A stretch of DNA of 47,469 bases, counting the filler, from Cladosporium halotolerans (lineage: Eukaryota): the NCBI RefSeq assembly GCF_011745625.1. It is 2 parts of 2 records of this genome, joined end to end, with 100 filler letters (N's around TTAATTAATTAA, not from the genome) between each part and the next. Parts side by side here need not be neighbours in the genome. Positions count along the whole stretch, not along the records: positions 24,086 to 47,469 come from NW_027191544.1; 1 more part is not named here. The stretch is one strand, 5' to 3'. The notes under the pieces are model-generated. The model was given only the letters and a program-made list of their open reading frames with translations, made no database searches and was not told the origin of the DNA. Made by a program: the position numbers and the translations under genes. This document shows, one piece after another, positions 34,996 to 47,212 of the stretch. Numbering within the stretch: the stretch's first letter is position 1; each line of letters starts with the position of its first letter.

Positions 34996-37208
34996 TTAGT
35001 CATCACCAGCTTCCGATTCTTCTACGAACAGTGGCTCCAGAAGTTGCAAGCTCCATTCAGCGATACCATCAATCTGTTTCAGATCCCTCAACCACTGCAG
35101 CATCAAAACGGCCGTCTTTCTCAGCACCGTGCGCTCGACGTATTTGAAGCACATTCCTTCCAGATCCTCGTTCGCTGCCGTCATCCGAATGATGAGCAAA
35201 ATGCTGATGCAGTTCTGCGTCCATGCAAAGTGATGAGGCACGAGACGCTTTTTATCTTTCGGAGGTGACATGAGTATAGGCCATCGACAAATCGACTCCA
35301 TCGCTAGGCTTGCATAGTGACTGTCATGATCTGTCATCAAGGCCGGAAAGTGAAGGGCTTTGTAGACGAAAGGGCGAAAAAGAAGGTACCGCGCTTGATA
35401 GAATCGCGTCCGTAGCTGTGCAATAGCCACGTCAATGTTATGTTGGTGGCCAATTGGCATAGCTTCTAGATCATATGAGAACAGTGGCTTACGGGGGCGA
35501 CTTTCAGCGGAATCTGATCTCGGAAAGCCGAAGACATCTTCATCAAACCACTGAACCTGCCATGGCAAGACTGCCCGCCATGAGTCAAGCTGTCGCGCCA
35601 ATTCTGAGACCAACGAAAGGGAGGGCGCGCTCCAACTCTCGGAGTGATCTGGCTCTACTGGGGCTACGAAGAAGGTCGTTAGACTCGATTGAACCGTCTG
35701 CAATGGTTAGGGTCGCCACTTACCGCTGTAGACCATCTTTGCAATCCGCGTAAACACTTTTCTCAAGGTTACCATTGCCAAGAAATGATACTGGTATAGA
35801 GATTGGTATTCATCGCATATAGTCGATTGATTGTATGCCGTCTGTCCTTCGTGGAAATTAGGCAGAGGCACTTCGTCCTCTAAGGCACAAATACCGCTAT
35901 CCGGAAGGTCAAACTCGAGGTGGAACAGATCCTCGCTGATCACACAGGTCCAGTAGACACGCTTTATCATGTCGCCTTCCTGTGAAGCCCAGTCGAAGTT
36001 GCCGCAACGTATGATGATTCGACAAGCCATCGACGCCGCTACGGTACAACGCCAGAAGTCCAAATGCCGGACAGCCGTCTCATAGTATGACGCTTAAAGC
36101 AGGAAAATTTGGGCATTCTCCAGCGTGCACAGAGTCATGACAAACCCTGCCTGGCGCCGGGCTGCGTTGAAGATCTCGATACCTGGCGGCGTTTGCGCTC
36201 TGCCACCACGGAATCCGCTGCGGACGCCTTTCTGCACGCTGACAGACGGGCCGAAGACACCCTCCATAGCGACCGATCCCAAGGCGAAAACAGTCAACGC
36301 GAGTACAGTAGAAGTTTCACCCTCCACGTACCCGTTGCTAGCCAAGCGGTCGACTATTCCTTTCTGGAACATATCGCGGTCGAGAATGGGATAGAGCATG
36401 TTGAAAGTCTCGAAGTATGCGTCGACCAACTCTTGGGCCTCCCTAAGAATGAACGTGGTGCTTAGGTTTGAGTTGTTGGAGGTTGTCATGAGCGGATCCA
36501 GAGTTTCAAAGCCAGCAGCGGCTTCGTGAGCGTGTGAGCCTGTAGGCTGTAAGTGGAGCGCCTGCTCCACAATCCACGGCGTGCCTTCCTGGAACGCATG
36601 ATGCAAGCTTGGGACGGTTTCGACGCGCTCGTTTACCAGGTGTTGGTAGATGCTCGGCCAGAGCATGACCTTGTGTGGTATCGTGAAATGCGGCTTTTTC
36701 TGTGGCAGCTTTGAGGCCGTCTGCGGGATGTATGAAGAATCGTGGGGCCGATTCTGATCATGCTGCGGTATCAGCTCATTGTACCGTGTTCCGGCCTGGA
36801 TTGCTGACTGGCTCTGGCTCACGAGTAGTGAGTCATCAAGCTTCGCCTCTATGCGGACAAGGGCTTCCAGGATATGTACCAAGGTCTTGTCTTTTCTGTA
36901 GCTAGGTCAATAGATCGTAGCCGATATCTGTTGCCTATTGTGGCGTGAGAGACGGCTGACTTCATAGGCAATGGCTCTCGATAGATACACTCTACATCTA
37001 GCCGCCGGCAAATACCGCCTGAGGTTCATTAGCTCCTGGCCGAAAGACTGTGTACACACGTGCCCTTACATTTTGGCCGCTGTTCGTCGCATTTGCTTTT
37101 CCTGCCTGACCGTCAGTAAGGGCACTCGCCTCGAGGCAAGTGAGAGGTCTGCTATCCCTAGTACTTTGCTTACCTTGATCTGCACGTCTCACAAGCTTGC
37201 GCAGCCAT
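34996..37208 (-). pseudogene. Zn(II)2Cys6 + fungal_trans transcription factor with one premature stop
   Basis: Spliced MAAQACETCRSR/KSKCDEQRPK/CGICRRLDVECIYREP; YFETFNMLYPILDR; RVYWTC; ELARQLDSWR; QLRTRFY. TAA at 36094-36096 in FLL*ASYYE, where Gln is expected. Confidence 0.85.
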
Positions 37209-37556
37209 TGCAGCCTTGACACCGTGAGCCAAGGTGCTTTGGCCACTTACGGTGTTACTCTCACGCGGCATTACGGATAAGAGAGTGAGCTAGCGAGCGG
37301 AAGCGCGACTGGACCAAAGGCATCGCACAGGACGTTCATGATGCAAGTCCACTTTGAAAAAGCGGCAGGAGACCAAGGCAGCCCGTCTCAGCAGATCTCG
37401 CAGCAGACACAATTTGCCCCTCGAGCCGTGAAAGCATCGACCTCACGGTGAGTGGGGAAACGTCGAGATCAGTCATCGCTCATTGGCCATATGCGGGCGG
37501 CCGCATGGAACAGGGGAGATTGGACGCTGCTACTCGTCTAGTAGCGTCAGAAGGGC

Positions 37557-38420
37557 TTACGAGCCCACAACACTAGACTTCGTTTTCAAGACAATCGCAA
37601 TGTCAATATCAGGCTTCGCAATCACTTTAGTGTCTGCCCATTCAAGCGTTCCTAGATCAGCGCAGAGTACGGCAAAGCAAGAAAGGACGAACTTGTAGGA
37701 TTTTCCATCGGAACGCTCTTGGAGGGTTGGGCGGTACTCCACTCCACGGTGTTCGCTAGCGTCGTCGGTGTCGGACGTGACTCCTTGATCCTGTCATCAT
37801 GAGGGACGGCCTCCCGGAAGAAGCTCCGTAAAATGTACAAAATCAGATTAGCCTTGACTGATCGAAGAAATGTCCCGAGTCCATACGGCCGTGACATCGG
37901 ACCAGCGTCGACACAGGTCGAAATCCTCTTTTTGTTTCTCCTTTTGTTCCTTTTTCCTTTTTTTTTCTTTTCCTTTTCTTCTTGTTTCCTTTTCTTCTTC
38001 TTTTTCATTTTTTATTTTTATTTTTATTTTTCGAAGTAATGCATCCCTCCTGGAATTTCCCGAAGCTCGCTTGCGCTTTGACTTGTAGGCGGTGGTTTCG
38101 CCATAGCACCGCAGTCGGTTGAAATGAAACTTAGTTCAAGGTCAAATCAGAGCCTTTGATTTGCTGCAACTCGTCCGTCTCACGTCCAGCAAGAGAGTTC
38201 TGATATAATCAAACGCTTCGGCAGATACTTCATTACGTGAGAATGCGAGCTTGCATCTTGACGATCTAATGTAAAACTGCCGAAGCTAGGCTTGTATCTG
38301 CATACGCCGTCTTCTGAATTGCAGATTGCAACACTCACCGCATGCCATTCACGAAATTCTCGAAAGCGAACAATGTAGACATCTCCGCCTGCGATTCAAG
38401 TCAGCCCATGCTGTTCTGCT
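37557..38420 (-). other. Possible multi-exon hypothetical gene or remnant with a Lys/Glu-rich segment
   Basis: The pyrimidine tract 37925-38031 reads openly as KIKIKIKNEKEEEKETRRKGKEKKRKKEQKEKQKE on the minus strand; nearby GTGAGT/GTATGG donor-like sites. No family recognised. Confidence 0.3.
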
Positions 38421-38842
38421 GTGATAGCTCTGCAGGACTTTGTCCGAGGTCAGGGGTGTCCACGTTTGGTTTCCTTTCTTGGTAACTTCATTGATTGATA
38501 GATGAATAATTTATGCAATTGATTGATTGCACCTCATGATCAATCAATTTGTTGGCGAACGTCAACATTGGTTGGCAAGTCCCTATTGAACAGGCGGCTG
38601 ATGTGATGTGAGAGTAGGGCGAAGGTCGGTGTAAAGCTCCGAAGCACAGAAAGCTCGCCAACAGTAACAAGTAATCGTCAGCCAATGAACGCGCGCAGAT
38701 ACGCGCCAGTATCGAGTCCCGCGTAGCGCGTGTCGTTGCGCCGCAAGCCTAACGGCTGCTAGCCAAACAAAATTAAGTCTGAGTCAATGGCATAATCGAG
38801 CGTGGAGATGGCCCAAAACGTCAGGACGTAGACTGGCGGCGT

Positions 38843-39347
38843 ATGAAAGGACACAGAGGCAGCCTGCAAAATCAAGAAGAATACGTCTTGGATGTGGCAG
38901 CATGTCTAACGGCTCTTCAACGAAGACTGAGTTGGAATTTCGATTTTGCACGCGACCCCATCATGAACATGCGAAACCCCAGTTTCCGAAAGGTCAGATT
39001 CCTCAGAAACGAGCGCAGCTTCTACTGTGACGTAACACACGAAGCAACAGCACTCGATCAATGGGACTGGGATAGTGACACCTTCAAGGCCACTTTCGAG
39101 AAAAAAAAAAAAAAAAAAGAGCTGGAGGGTTGAGATTTCGACGCAAACACGGTGCGACAACGCATGTCTACGCGGCGGCAGTTTTGAAAATTCGGTAATC
39201 ATGATGAACTCTTGGAACGCGAACGCAGTACCTGACAATACGTCGGATGTGCCTGGTAAAGAGTACGATAGCCCGTCGATGACGCAGTCGCCGCCACTAA
39301 TGTTAAAACCGGTCAATGAACCAATCAAGTTGGAGGGTGTGAGGTAA
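38843..39347 (+). pseudogene. Hypothetical ORF pair split at an A18 homopolymer
   Basis: ORFs 38843-39133 and 39075-39347 overlap across the A18 run (39101-39118) and differ by one frame. Confidence 0.3.
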
Positions 39348-39597
39348 ACAATCAACCATCAATTAAACCAAAGCCATGAGACCTGCATTGGTGCTCTACC
39401 ATGCCTTCTCGCTCCCAACGTGCGTTGCATCATACGTCGTGTGGTGCCCCGACTGCGCGCAGAACAGCAGCAAATCCCGGAAGATTTCGAGTCGACTGCT
39501 TCACGCCGCCATGGCTCTTCCTGCACGCGTTTGTCGCGGAAGAGGTACCCCATTCCCTGACACACATGTCGGCCAGGTTTTGTTGGGGGATGCTGGG

Positions 39598-41112
39598 TCA
39601 AAAGTTGATTGGGAAGATCGAGGGGCAAGGCGACAAGATCGCAGAATAACCGGAGTTGGGGGGATCTGTCTCAGGATTCGTGGATCCGGAACCGTCCAGA
39701 CGTGACATGACCTTCCTGTGCAGGCTTCTTTGTGGCGGAAGGCGAGACTGTCGGTGCGCCAGAGTGTTCTCGGAACCGTAAGCAACGTGCATGCTGGCAG
39801 CCATTGGGTGTTCATTTGTTGGCGTTGCAATTCCTGGTATACTTCTCACACCTGGATTGGACGTCGAGGGGACTATCAACAGCGTATTGTCGCAAGCAGA
39901 CCACCGCCGACGCCTTGTGAATCGAGAGCCGTCCCTAATGTTGGTGTTCAACGCTGACTGTGGTCGGGCGAAGCCACTCGATTCTGGCTTTGGCGATCTT
40001 TGGCGACACAAAAGCTGGCGTGGTTCCGGGTTGAGCTTTTGTTGACCTGGCTCTGACAAAGTCGCTGTACCATCACCATCTCCGCCGGGGTTTGAGCTCA
40101 TGCCACTCTTCGCAGAGGTAGAGAACTTCGATTTTTCGTTATTCTTCAGTCGTTTTGTAACGTTATCTAATTCTAGTCAATCAATTTGGCAATTCTGGCA
40201 GAAAGCTGACGACCACTTCCGAGGAGTCGGTTGCTGGAACACTCACTATCAGGAGGCTTATAGAAGTCTGCAAGATAATCCTGGTAATCTGCACACTCCT
40301 TTGTTTGCTGATACTCTGTGAGCCGAATGTGGTATGTTGAGTTCATCAGTCGGCTCCTGCTCAGATAAACCTCTCTGTCTTCAGAGGACAGCAGCCTCCA
40401 TCGCTTCCCAGGAATCCTTGATGTCTGGTTTGAACCGAATCCCTGAATTTTCAATTCCTTCCTCAATTCTGGTTTGTAGTAAGCTAGCTGCGTCAGGTCT
40501 TTGTTGCGTGCTGTTGCGAACCATGTGAGAATAAACCATATGCAGAAGGCGGCTTTTCCGGAACGTTTTTATCTGGCTACATATTTGTCAGAGGTCATGT
40601 TCATCTTCAAGAAAAGTCTGGCGCGGGACTTTCTTACCGCTGCGTGCCGAATATCCTTCCGCTTCTGCGGCGCGCACGCTCTGAGGCTAGCATCTCCATG
40701 CTCCTGCGTGGGGTGCAGTGGGTCCGTTCGACCATAGCTTGCTTTTGACGCACTGCTGCTGATGTTACCTCGATGCTGCACACCCGTTACAAATTCTCCG
40801 TGTCCGTGGCGAGCGAATGCACTCTGCAATATCTGGCTTGTATGATCAGCCTCGACTCCATAGGTCGTTGGCACATTGACTGGCTACAACCTGTCAAATC
40901 AACCAACCCTGCGATGTCCGAGTTTCACGCCTAGTGAATTTCTGCAAAGTCTGTTAGCGAGGGAAAGAAACTGTTGTGCGTACGACTCACAAGTCATGTT
41001 CTGTGATGCAGGTAAGGGCTTCCCAAGAAGAGAATGCCTCCTCTACAAAAATGCGGAGATACTGAGATAAACCCAAGTGATCCAGGTTCGCCGAAAGCAC
41101 ATCGGTAGCCAT
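39598..41112 (-). CDS. SAM-domain + HMG-box protein, apparently intact, 5 introns
   Basis: Spliced SAM: LDHLGLSQYLRIFVEEAFSSWEAL..ITEHDL/NSLGVKLGHRR/ILQ. HMG box: KRKDIRHAA/PDKNVPEKPPSAYGLFSH/ELRKELK..GKRWRLLSSEDREVY..YHIRLTEYQQT. All five introns are GT-AG with matching phases. Confidence 0.85.
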
Positions 41113-42368
41113 AGCTAGAGTGAGGAGAACCAAGTAAAAACGGTTTCCGTTCGGGGCTGCGTGAAAGGCAAGGCTGTAACACAATTTCAGCGCGACCCTC
41201 CATGAGGACACCTTCTCCTCGATTGAGGGCCCAGCGGCTGACCTGACTCACGTCCCGCTCATGGGACAGAGCTAGAAGGGAGACACCGTACCCGTGTCCG
41301 CCTGTCCCGTCTCGGTTTCTTCGAGAATCGTCATACAAGAATGTCGTCCTCGGAGTATGTTCCAGCTCCAGGGCTTCGCAGCAAGCAAATAGTGACCGCA
41401 CATGACACAGTATCTAGAAAAGCACATCTCGTGTAGTATGACGGCACGTTTGATGTAAGGATAACGTCACGGCTGGACTTGTGCGAAGAATTGCTGCCGC
41501 GTAGGGGTGGGAGATCGCGCACTCGATGGAGGCACGGCGGAGGCACCTCCGGAATCGTGGTTTGCAAGTCATTTCGCAGAAGAGGTATTGGAGCCCCGCT
41601 TAACGCTGCGCTAGCAACCATGCTAAGGGTTCTGTGCCGTCCGATGGTAAGAGCTTCCGGAGGGGGCTCCGAAACCTCTCCTTTTCCCTTTGGAAACAAA
41701 ACAAGCGTTTAAGTGAGATCGTTGACTTTGAACGGGTTCAAAGCAGGGTTAACAGAGCCATTTACTGCACCATCTCCGCTTTGGAAAGATTGGAGGACTG
41801 CGAGCCCGCCCGTTTGTCGTACGCAAAAACGGAAGATGGCAAGCGAGCAAATAATGACGTATCGGCGACTTCGGGCAGCGGGATCAGCGGGAAGAACTGC
41901 CCAATAGCGGTATTCGCTGATGGAGACCCGCACATCACGAAAAAACCAATTCCGACAAGAATCATGGGGCGGTCGGCAAGGGAAGATCCAAGCTTGGAGA
42001 ATTAGTACTGCTGGCTGTGCAAGGATGCACACGAAAGAAAGATGGCCGGCCCCCGCTTGAGCTGCATTCCTCCAGAACCTAGAGGGCTGTACACGAAAAA
42101 ATCCCCACTTCAGCAATAATTCCCAGTTTGTTCAGTTGACTGTCTGACCCACAGATACGAACGTTACGGCCATGACTAGAATCCTAGAATTTCTGGGGAA
42201 CATGCAGCGACGCCAGATCAGTCCGATAAAGTTCTCGGCGGGAGGTCCGGGGAAGGGCCTAGTCTGCTCACTTCGTTTCGCATGAAGAACGTCATGCCGT
42301 TGCGTTCAACGCGCCGTCGGATTCAAATAATGGAGAATCGGTTCCGGTGACACGCTGAGCGCTAAGGG

Positions 42369-44560
42369 ATGGCGGCCGAGACGTATATGGGCAAGAAGAG
42401 GGCATCGTTGAGCCCTGATGCACAAGGAATGAGCGCGCCTGGCGAACGCGCAGTAAGGAAGGGCAATTTAGCTCTCGCTGCTTGCAGATCTTGTCGGCGA
42501 CGCAAGACAAAGGTTCGTTCAGCACGATGATTTCCTTCGACATCAATTGACATTGTTTGCATAGTGCGATTGTGAGCGTCCCGCGTGCGGGAATTGCGTT
42601 CGATCATGTCTTCCTTGCCAGTATGAAACGGCACCCGGAGAATCGCGTGCACAAGCTACAAAACGCAGTTTACACGCCTCTAGAGGAAACCTCATGCTCT
42701 ATGAGGAACTCTTCGAACACCTAAGGACATCAGACTCGTACCAAGCCAACGATATATACCAACGGATTCGATACGGATTTGATCCACACCATTTGTTGAC
42801 CCAGATCAGAGCCGGAGACCTCACAAGTCAAATCAGTCTGCGACCGGAAGTGCAGTACCGCTACGAACTCCCTTATATTAAACATGTGCCGCTGGAGCTT
42901 CTAGGAGGTAATCCATACCTTGATACACTCGTTCACGAAGCAGGTTCTTTGGGCTTGAGCGATCGCGAGACCAACTCGACCGACTCGTTTGGGTTTCTTC
43001 CTCAAATTGTCTATCTCCGGCCGTTTCACGCAGCGCGAATTGTTGATCGTCTCGTCGAAGATGCGAACCCTAGTCTATGGACCACAGTGTGTCCAGACGA
43101 CGGTGTCATGCGTAGACTTTTGCGCAATCACTTCCTCTGCGAATTCTATTTTATTTCAGCGTTGCAGAAAGATTTATTCCTAGAAGACATGATCCGCCAG
43201 CAAGGTGAATTCTGCTCTTCTTTGCTTGTGAACGCCGTCTTGGCTTATGCTTGTGTAGGTACAACCTTCACTCATAGGTTTTGTTACTGACGGCTGCAGA
43301 TGTGCGATCCAGACATACCTAACCGCGCGGAGTACTGGAATCCAGCTTCGCTCACATACAAATTCTTGGTGGAAGCAAAGCGGTTGTGGGAGCTGGAAGC
43401 TGATATCCCCCGGATCAGCACGATTCAAGCTGGTATGATCTTGAACGGCATTTCTAACTTTAGCGGCCTCGACGAAATAGGGCAAGCATATCGCAGGCAG
43501 TCCGTTGCGCTCGCAAATGATTTACATCTCTACGACAGACCGGTCAGTTTGGCAAACGAGAGATCGAGGCAAGGCAACATTTACACCGCATGGGCTCTGT
43601 TCTGCTGGGATGCGTAAGTGTTCATACAACCTCCAACTTACTGCTTTTCTGACGTACGCAGCCTTCTGGCGTTCTCACTTCAGCAGCCTCCACTTCTGCC
43701 CCGACCGCCGCACGACCGTCTTCCGTCTCCTTCAGACAATCCAGAGTGGTACGGACATTTCTGGCTGCAGTATCCAGGTCACAGAGACCTTATCGATGCA
43801 AATTTCAGCGTCTTTTTTGAGCATCGGGCGCGGTTCAGGGTAATAATGGCTCAGTACTGCACTAGGGCATATGGTCCACATAGGACGCCGGCGTGGCTGA
43901 CGAGCGATGCCTATGTCTGCCGGGAGCAGCTGCTCAAATGGTTTGCTTCATTGCCAAACCTGCTCCAACCCAAAAACATCGTTCTTCCGGCGCAGCTGCA
44001 GCTCCAGTGAGTACGCCCACTGACATTCAGGCGCCCACTAACGCTTGATGAGCATGTATTACCATCACTTCCTGGCCACCATCTTTGAATGTCTTTTGGA
44101 CTCCGGAGAACATCAAGAACCTCGACCGGAGACCATCGTCAACGAAGCGAACAGATACTTTGCCACACTTTTACGACTCTATTATATTCGTCACGGACAC
44201 CAAAACATGGACATACATGTCACCATCTCTTTGATCTTCGCAGGGACCAGATGCCTTGACAGGATTGGGCAGCAACCTCCCGAAACGGAATTGGAAAGCT
44301 TGCGGTCGACATTGGTTCTGTGTGCAACTGGTCTATATAAACAGCGACGTAACAATTATCTCGCGCAAGCGCTGTATTCTATGTTACGGTCAAGGATGCC
44401 TTTCGAAGAAGCCAGGTTACTCAACCAAATTCCCGATTTGCAAAATGATGTGGAAGTTTCGTCTTCAAGGCAACCCATACGATCTAGCTGGATGCCGGTT
44501 GTCATGAAGGAGCATAGGGGGATGACAAATGCCGACAAGAACGAGGTCATGCCACCGTGA
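42369..44560 (+). CDS. Zn(II)2Cys6 transcription factor, NirA-like with fungal_TF_MHR domain
   Basis: ACRSCRRRKTK/CDCERPACGNCVRSCLPCQY (intron 42513-42564); WTTVCPDD; QKDLFLEDM; FCSSLLVNAVLAYAC; EAKRLWELE; TAWALFCWD. Four introns; the last acceptor is a rarer GAG. Confidence 0.9.
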
Positions 44561-45074
44561 GAATCGGAGGGGAAGCTCAGATCCCTGCCACGCTGTACAC
44601 AAGCGGCCGAGACTTGCGCTAGACCCGAGGTGGACGCGATAGCGTTTGACGATGGTGGTTGATCAGAACTGCTAAAAGCGCGAAGCGTTTCCCGGCATGA
44701 CACGACGCCTTTTGATAGAAGGCAGATAAACCCATATGACCTATTAGTATTTGAAAATGGCTTTACTGGAGCGTGCATCATGCATCTTGCTTAACTGGAT
44801 CGACGACATGAAAAATTTTGACGGTGTCGCAGAGTGGGGTCACTCTCTGCTGGGTCCAATTTGTGCGAATGTCGGATAAGAGCGCACGGTAAAGAGAACT
44901 TTGAAGTAGACCAGCAATTGGTTGTTGGGAGATACTGTTCAAACAGTGTTGGCGTCGATTCGTAATACGATTGCAACGACGAACTCGCTCGTGCAAGAAA
45001 CAAAAGGGAAAGGACGGGGAAAAAAAGGTGGAAAGCTCAACCCCATTTGATGAACTTTATTCCGCCCGGCGCTA

Positions 45075-45114
45075 GAAGCTTTCCCCACTGCGTGCACAGA
45101 CACACTGCGTGCAC
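45075..45114 (+). repeat. Left terminal inverted repeat
   Basis: GAAGCTTTCCCCACTGCGTGCACAGACACACTGCGTGCAC, containing two CACTGCGTGCAC sub-repeats. Confidence 0.92.
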
Positions 45115-45232
45115 AGCGCTTCAACAGCGTAAACATGATCTTGAAACACGCGCTCACGACACAACGATCTGACCTGGCCGGAAAATGATCCACGTTGTAG
45201 CCCAAGGCTGAAAGCAATGTATTAATTCCTAA

Positions 45233-47112
45233 TCAAATATCAAATCGCGCCGGTCGTCTCGAGCTTCGACCGCTTCTTGTAACTCGCTGTTTCACCCGTG
45301 CCTCGACTATAGCTTCAATTCGGGTCCCATCAGACCTCTGAGCGTCTGATTGTTTCTTCGGTCGTCCTCTTGGCTTACCGCTCAAGCATGCCAATTTGGT
45401 TTCACGCTGCCGTCCTGTGCCCTGGGCTTCTTTCATCCTTGTCTTTGCAGCCCTCTTTTCCTCTGCCGCCTTCTTCCGGGCCGCGGATGCCCTCGCTCTT
45501 TCTGCGCTTCTCCCGAACCTCCTCTTCCTTTCGAGCTTTCTCTCGGGCTCTCTCACGAGCTCTGAGCTCTTTTTCCCGCGATAGCTGCTCCTTCTCGCGT
45601 GCTCTACCCTCCTCGATGTCTCGAGCCTTCTGGACTCGAGTCGGGCTCAAGATGAGCGCGCCTGAGCCTTCGGAGGCTCTCAGCTCTTCGACAACCTTCT
45701 TCTGTCTTTTCCTCCTCTTCTTTTCATGCCTAAGGGCGGCATCAAGCTGCTTGGTACGCAGTTCAGAGAGCGCCAGTCTAGCAGAAAGACCGAGGACGGT
45801 GTCGCCGAGCTTTCGAAGCGTTTTCTGCGTTTTCTTGTCGCTTCTGGCCGCAGTAGCGTTCAGAACAGTTCTGAGCTTCTTCGGCTTCGAAGGGGAGCTG
45901 GAGACGCTCCCAGCACTATCGCTGGATGGCCTCTCAGCTCGTTGGGACGGTCGCGATTCGTCTCCTGTTTTAGGAAACACGTCGAGCACCTTCGAGGGAT
46001 TGAAGGGCATGAGACCCGTCCTTGACCACGCAGAGAAGATGTTCTTCTTCGTGAAGGCGCTCTCGAAGGCTGGCCAAAAGAGCGAAAAGAAATCTCGCTT
46101 GCTGATCGATGTGCACCCTTCCGATTGTCTAACGAGGTCGTCGAGCGCTTGGCTGTAATAATGAGCCAATGGTGCGAACACGCTCACATCCAGAGGCTGC
46201 AACCTATGCGTTGAGTGAGGTGGAAATACGACAACCAAAATTCTGTGGTTCTCACACCAATTCAGAAACTTCATGTTGAGATGGGAGCCGTGACCGTCAA
46301 CAATAAGGAGCCGCCAGGACCTCTTCGCTTTGGCAGCAGTCTCCTTCTCGAATAGTCCAGTCAATCAGCCGTAACCAAGCTCATCACTTGTCCATCCGTT
46401 CTGTGATGATATGAAGTAGCAAGCTTGCTCGGAAGGCTCGAATTCATCGAGCCAAGTGTCTTGCAAATTGCCGGAGACGGCTTTGTAGATCAGAGTTGGC
46501 GGTAATCTTGTGCCATCTGCACATATAGTCGCAACAAGCGTGATCCACTCACGGCTGCCATCTTGGCCAGCCCCTACCAGTTTGCCATGCTTCTGCGAGT
46601 CTTTCGCGAAGACCCTATGGGTCTTTTGAAGCCTACCGAGGAGAAAGCCTTTCTCGTCCATGTTATACATGTTCTCGGGCAGTATGTTGTATTCATCCAG
46701 CTTCTCGCCTAGACTTACGAAGTATTGCTCATAGCTAGCTCTTGAATCAGCCTTGTGGCGTGACAAGTCAATGGCGTTGAGAAATCTGGCGTCAAGCTTC
46801 GTCCTTGTGCCTGGCGACAAAACGAGACGACCAGTTCTTTGAAGGCCTCGTGCCACATAGTTCCGAGGCAATGTTCGAAACAATTCTAGGAGTCGGTGGG
46901 AAACGCCGCTCGCAGAGCTTCTTGATATGCTTCACGAGCTCTTTCTCTTGTGCGTTATTCAGTAGTCTTTTTGATTCGTGATGTTGGGCCAAATCTGTGG
47001 TCATTAGGCGGAAGCGCCTGCTAAGCGTTGATCTGTTCACACCATGAATTCTTGCTACCATAGATATATTTGGCGATTCGCATAAACTCAGCTCCGCAAG
47101 TGCCGCGTCCAT
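45233..47112 (-). pseudogene. Fot1/pogo DDE_1 transposase pseudogene (HTH_psq, CENP-B HTH, DDD triad)
   Basis: VNRSTLSRR; NWSSRFVARH; YNMDEKGF; LIVDGHGSH; LQPLDV. Frameshift near 46800, TGA at 46365-46367 where Trp is expected, and a second frameshift near 45500. Confidence 0.95.
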
Positions 47113-47172
47113 GACAGCAAAGTTCGTGGAGTTATCGCGTGGTAAACAAAGCGTGTCACGACCGCGTCATGC

Positions 47173-47212
47173 GTGCATGCAGTGTGTCTGTGCACGCAGT
47201 GGGGAAAGCTTC
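47173..47212 (-). repeat. Right terminal inverted repeat
   Basis: Reverse complement of the left TIR with one mismatch. Confidence 0.92.

Larger units (their letters stand above)
45075..47212 (-). mobile_element. Tc1/mariner superfamily Fot1/pogo-like DNA transposon, ~2.14 kb, inactivated
   Basis: 40-bp TIRs (45075-45114 and 47173-47212, 1 mismatch), TA on both sides (45073-74 and 47213-14), and an internal transposase gene. Confidence 0.93.

Noticed and set aside
41331..42116. ORFs between the SAM-HMG and NirA-like genes
   Set aside because: No domain signal; more simply read as a shared divergent promoter region.
45370..46158. 262-aa plus-strand ORF
   Set aside because: Antisense shadow of the transposase.
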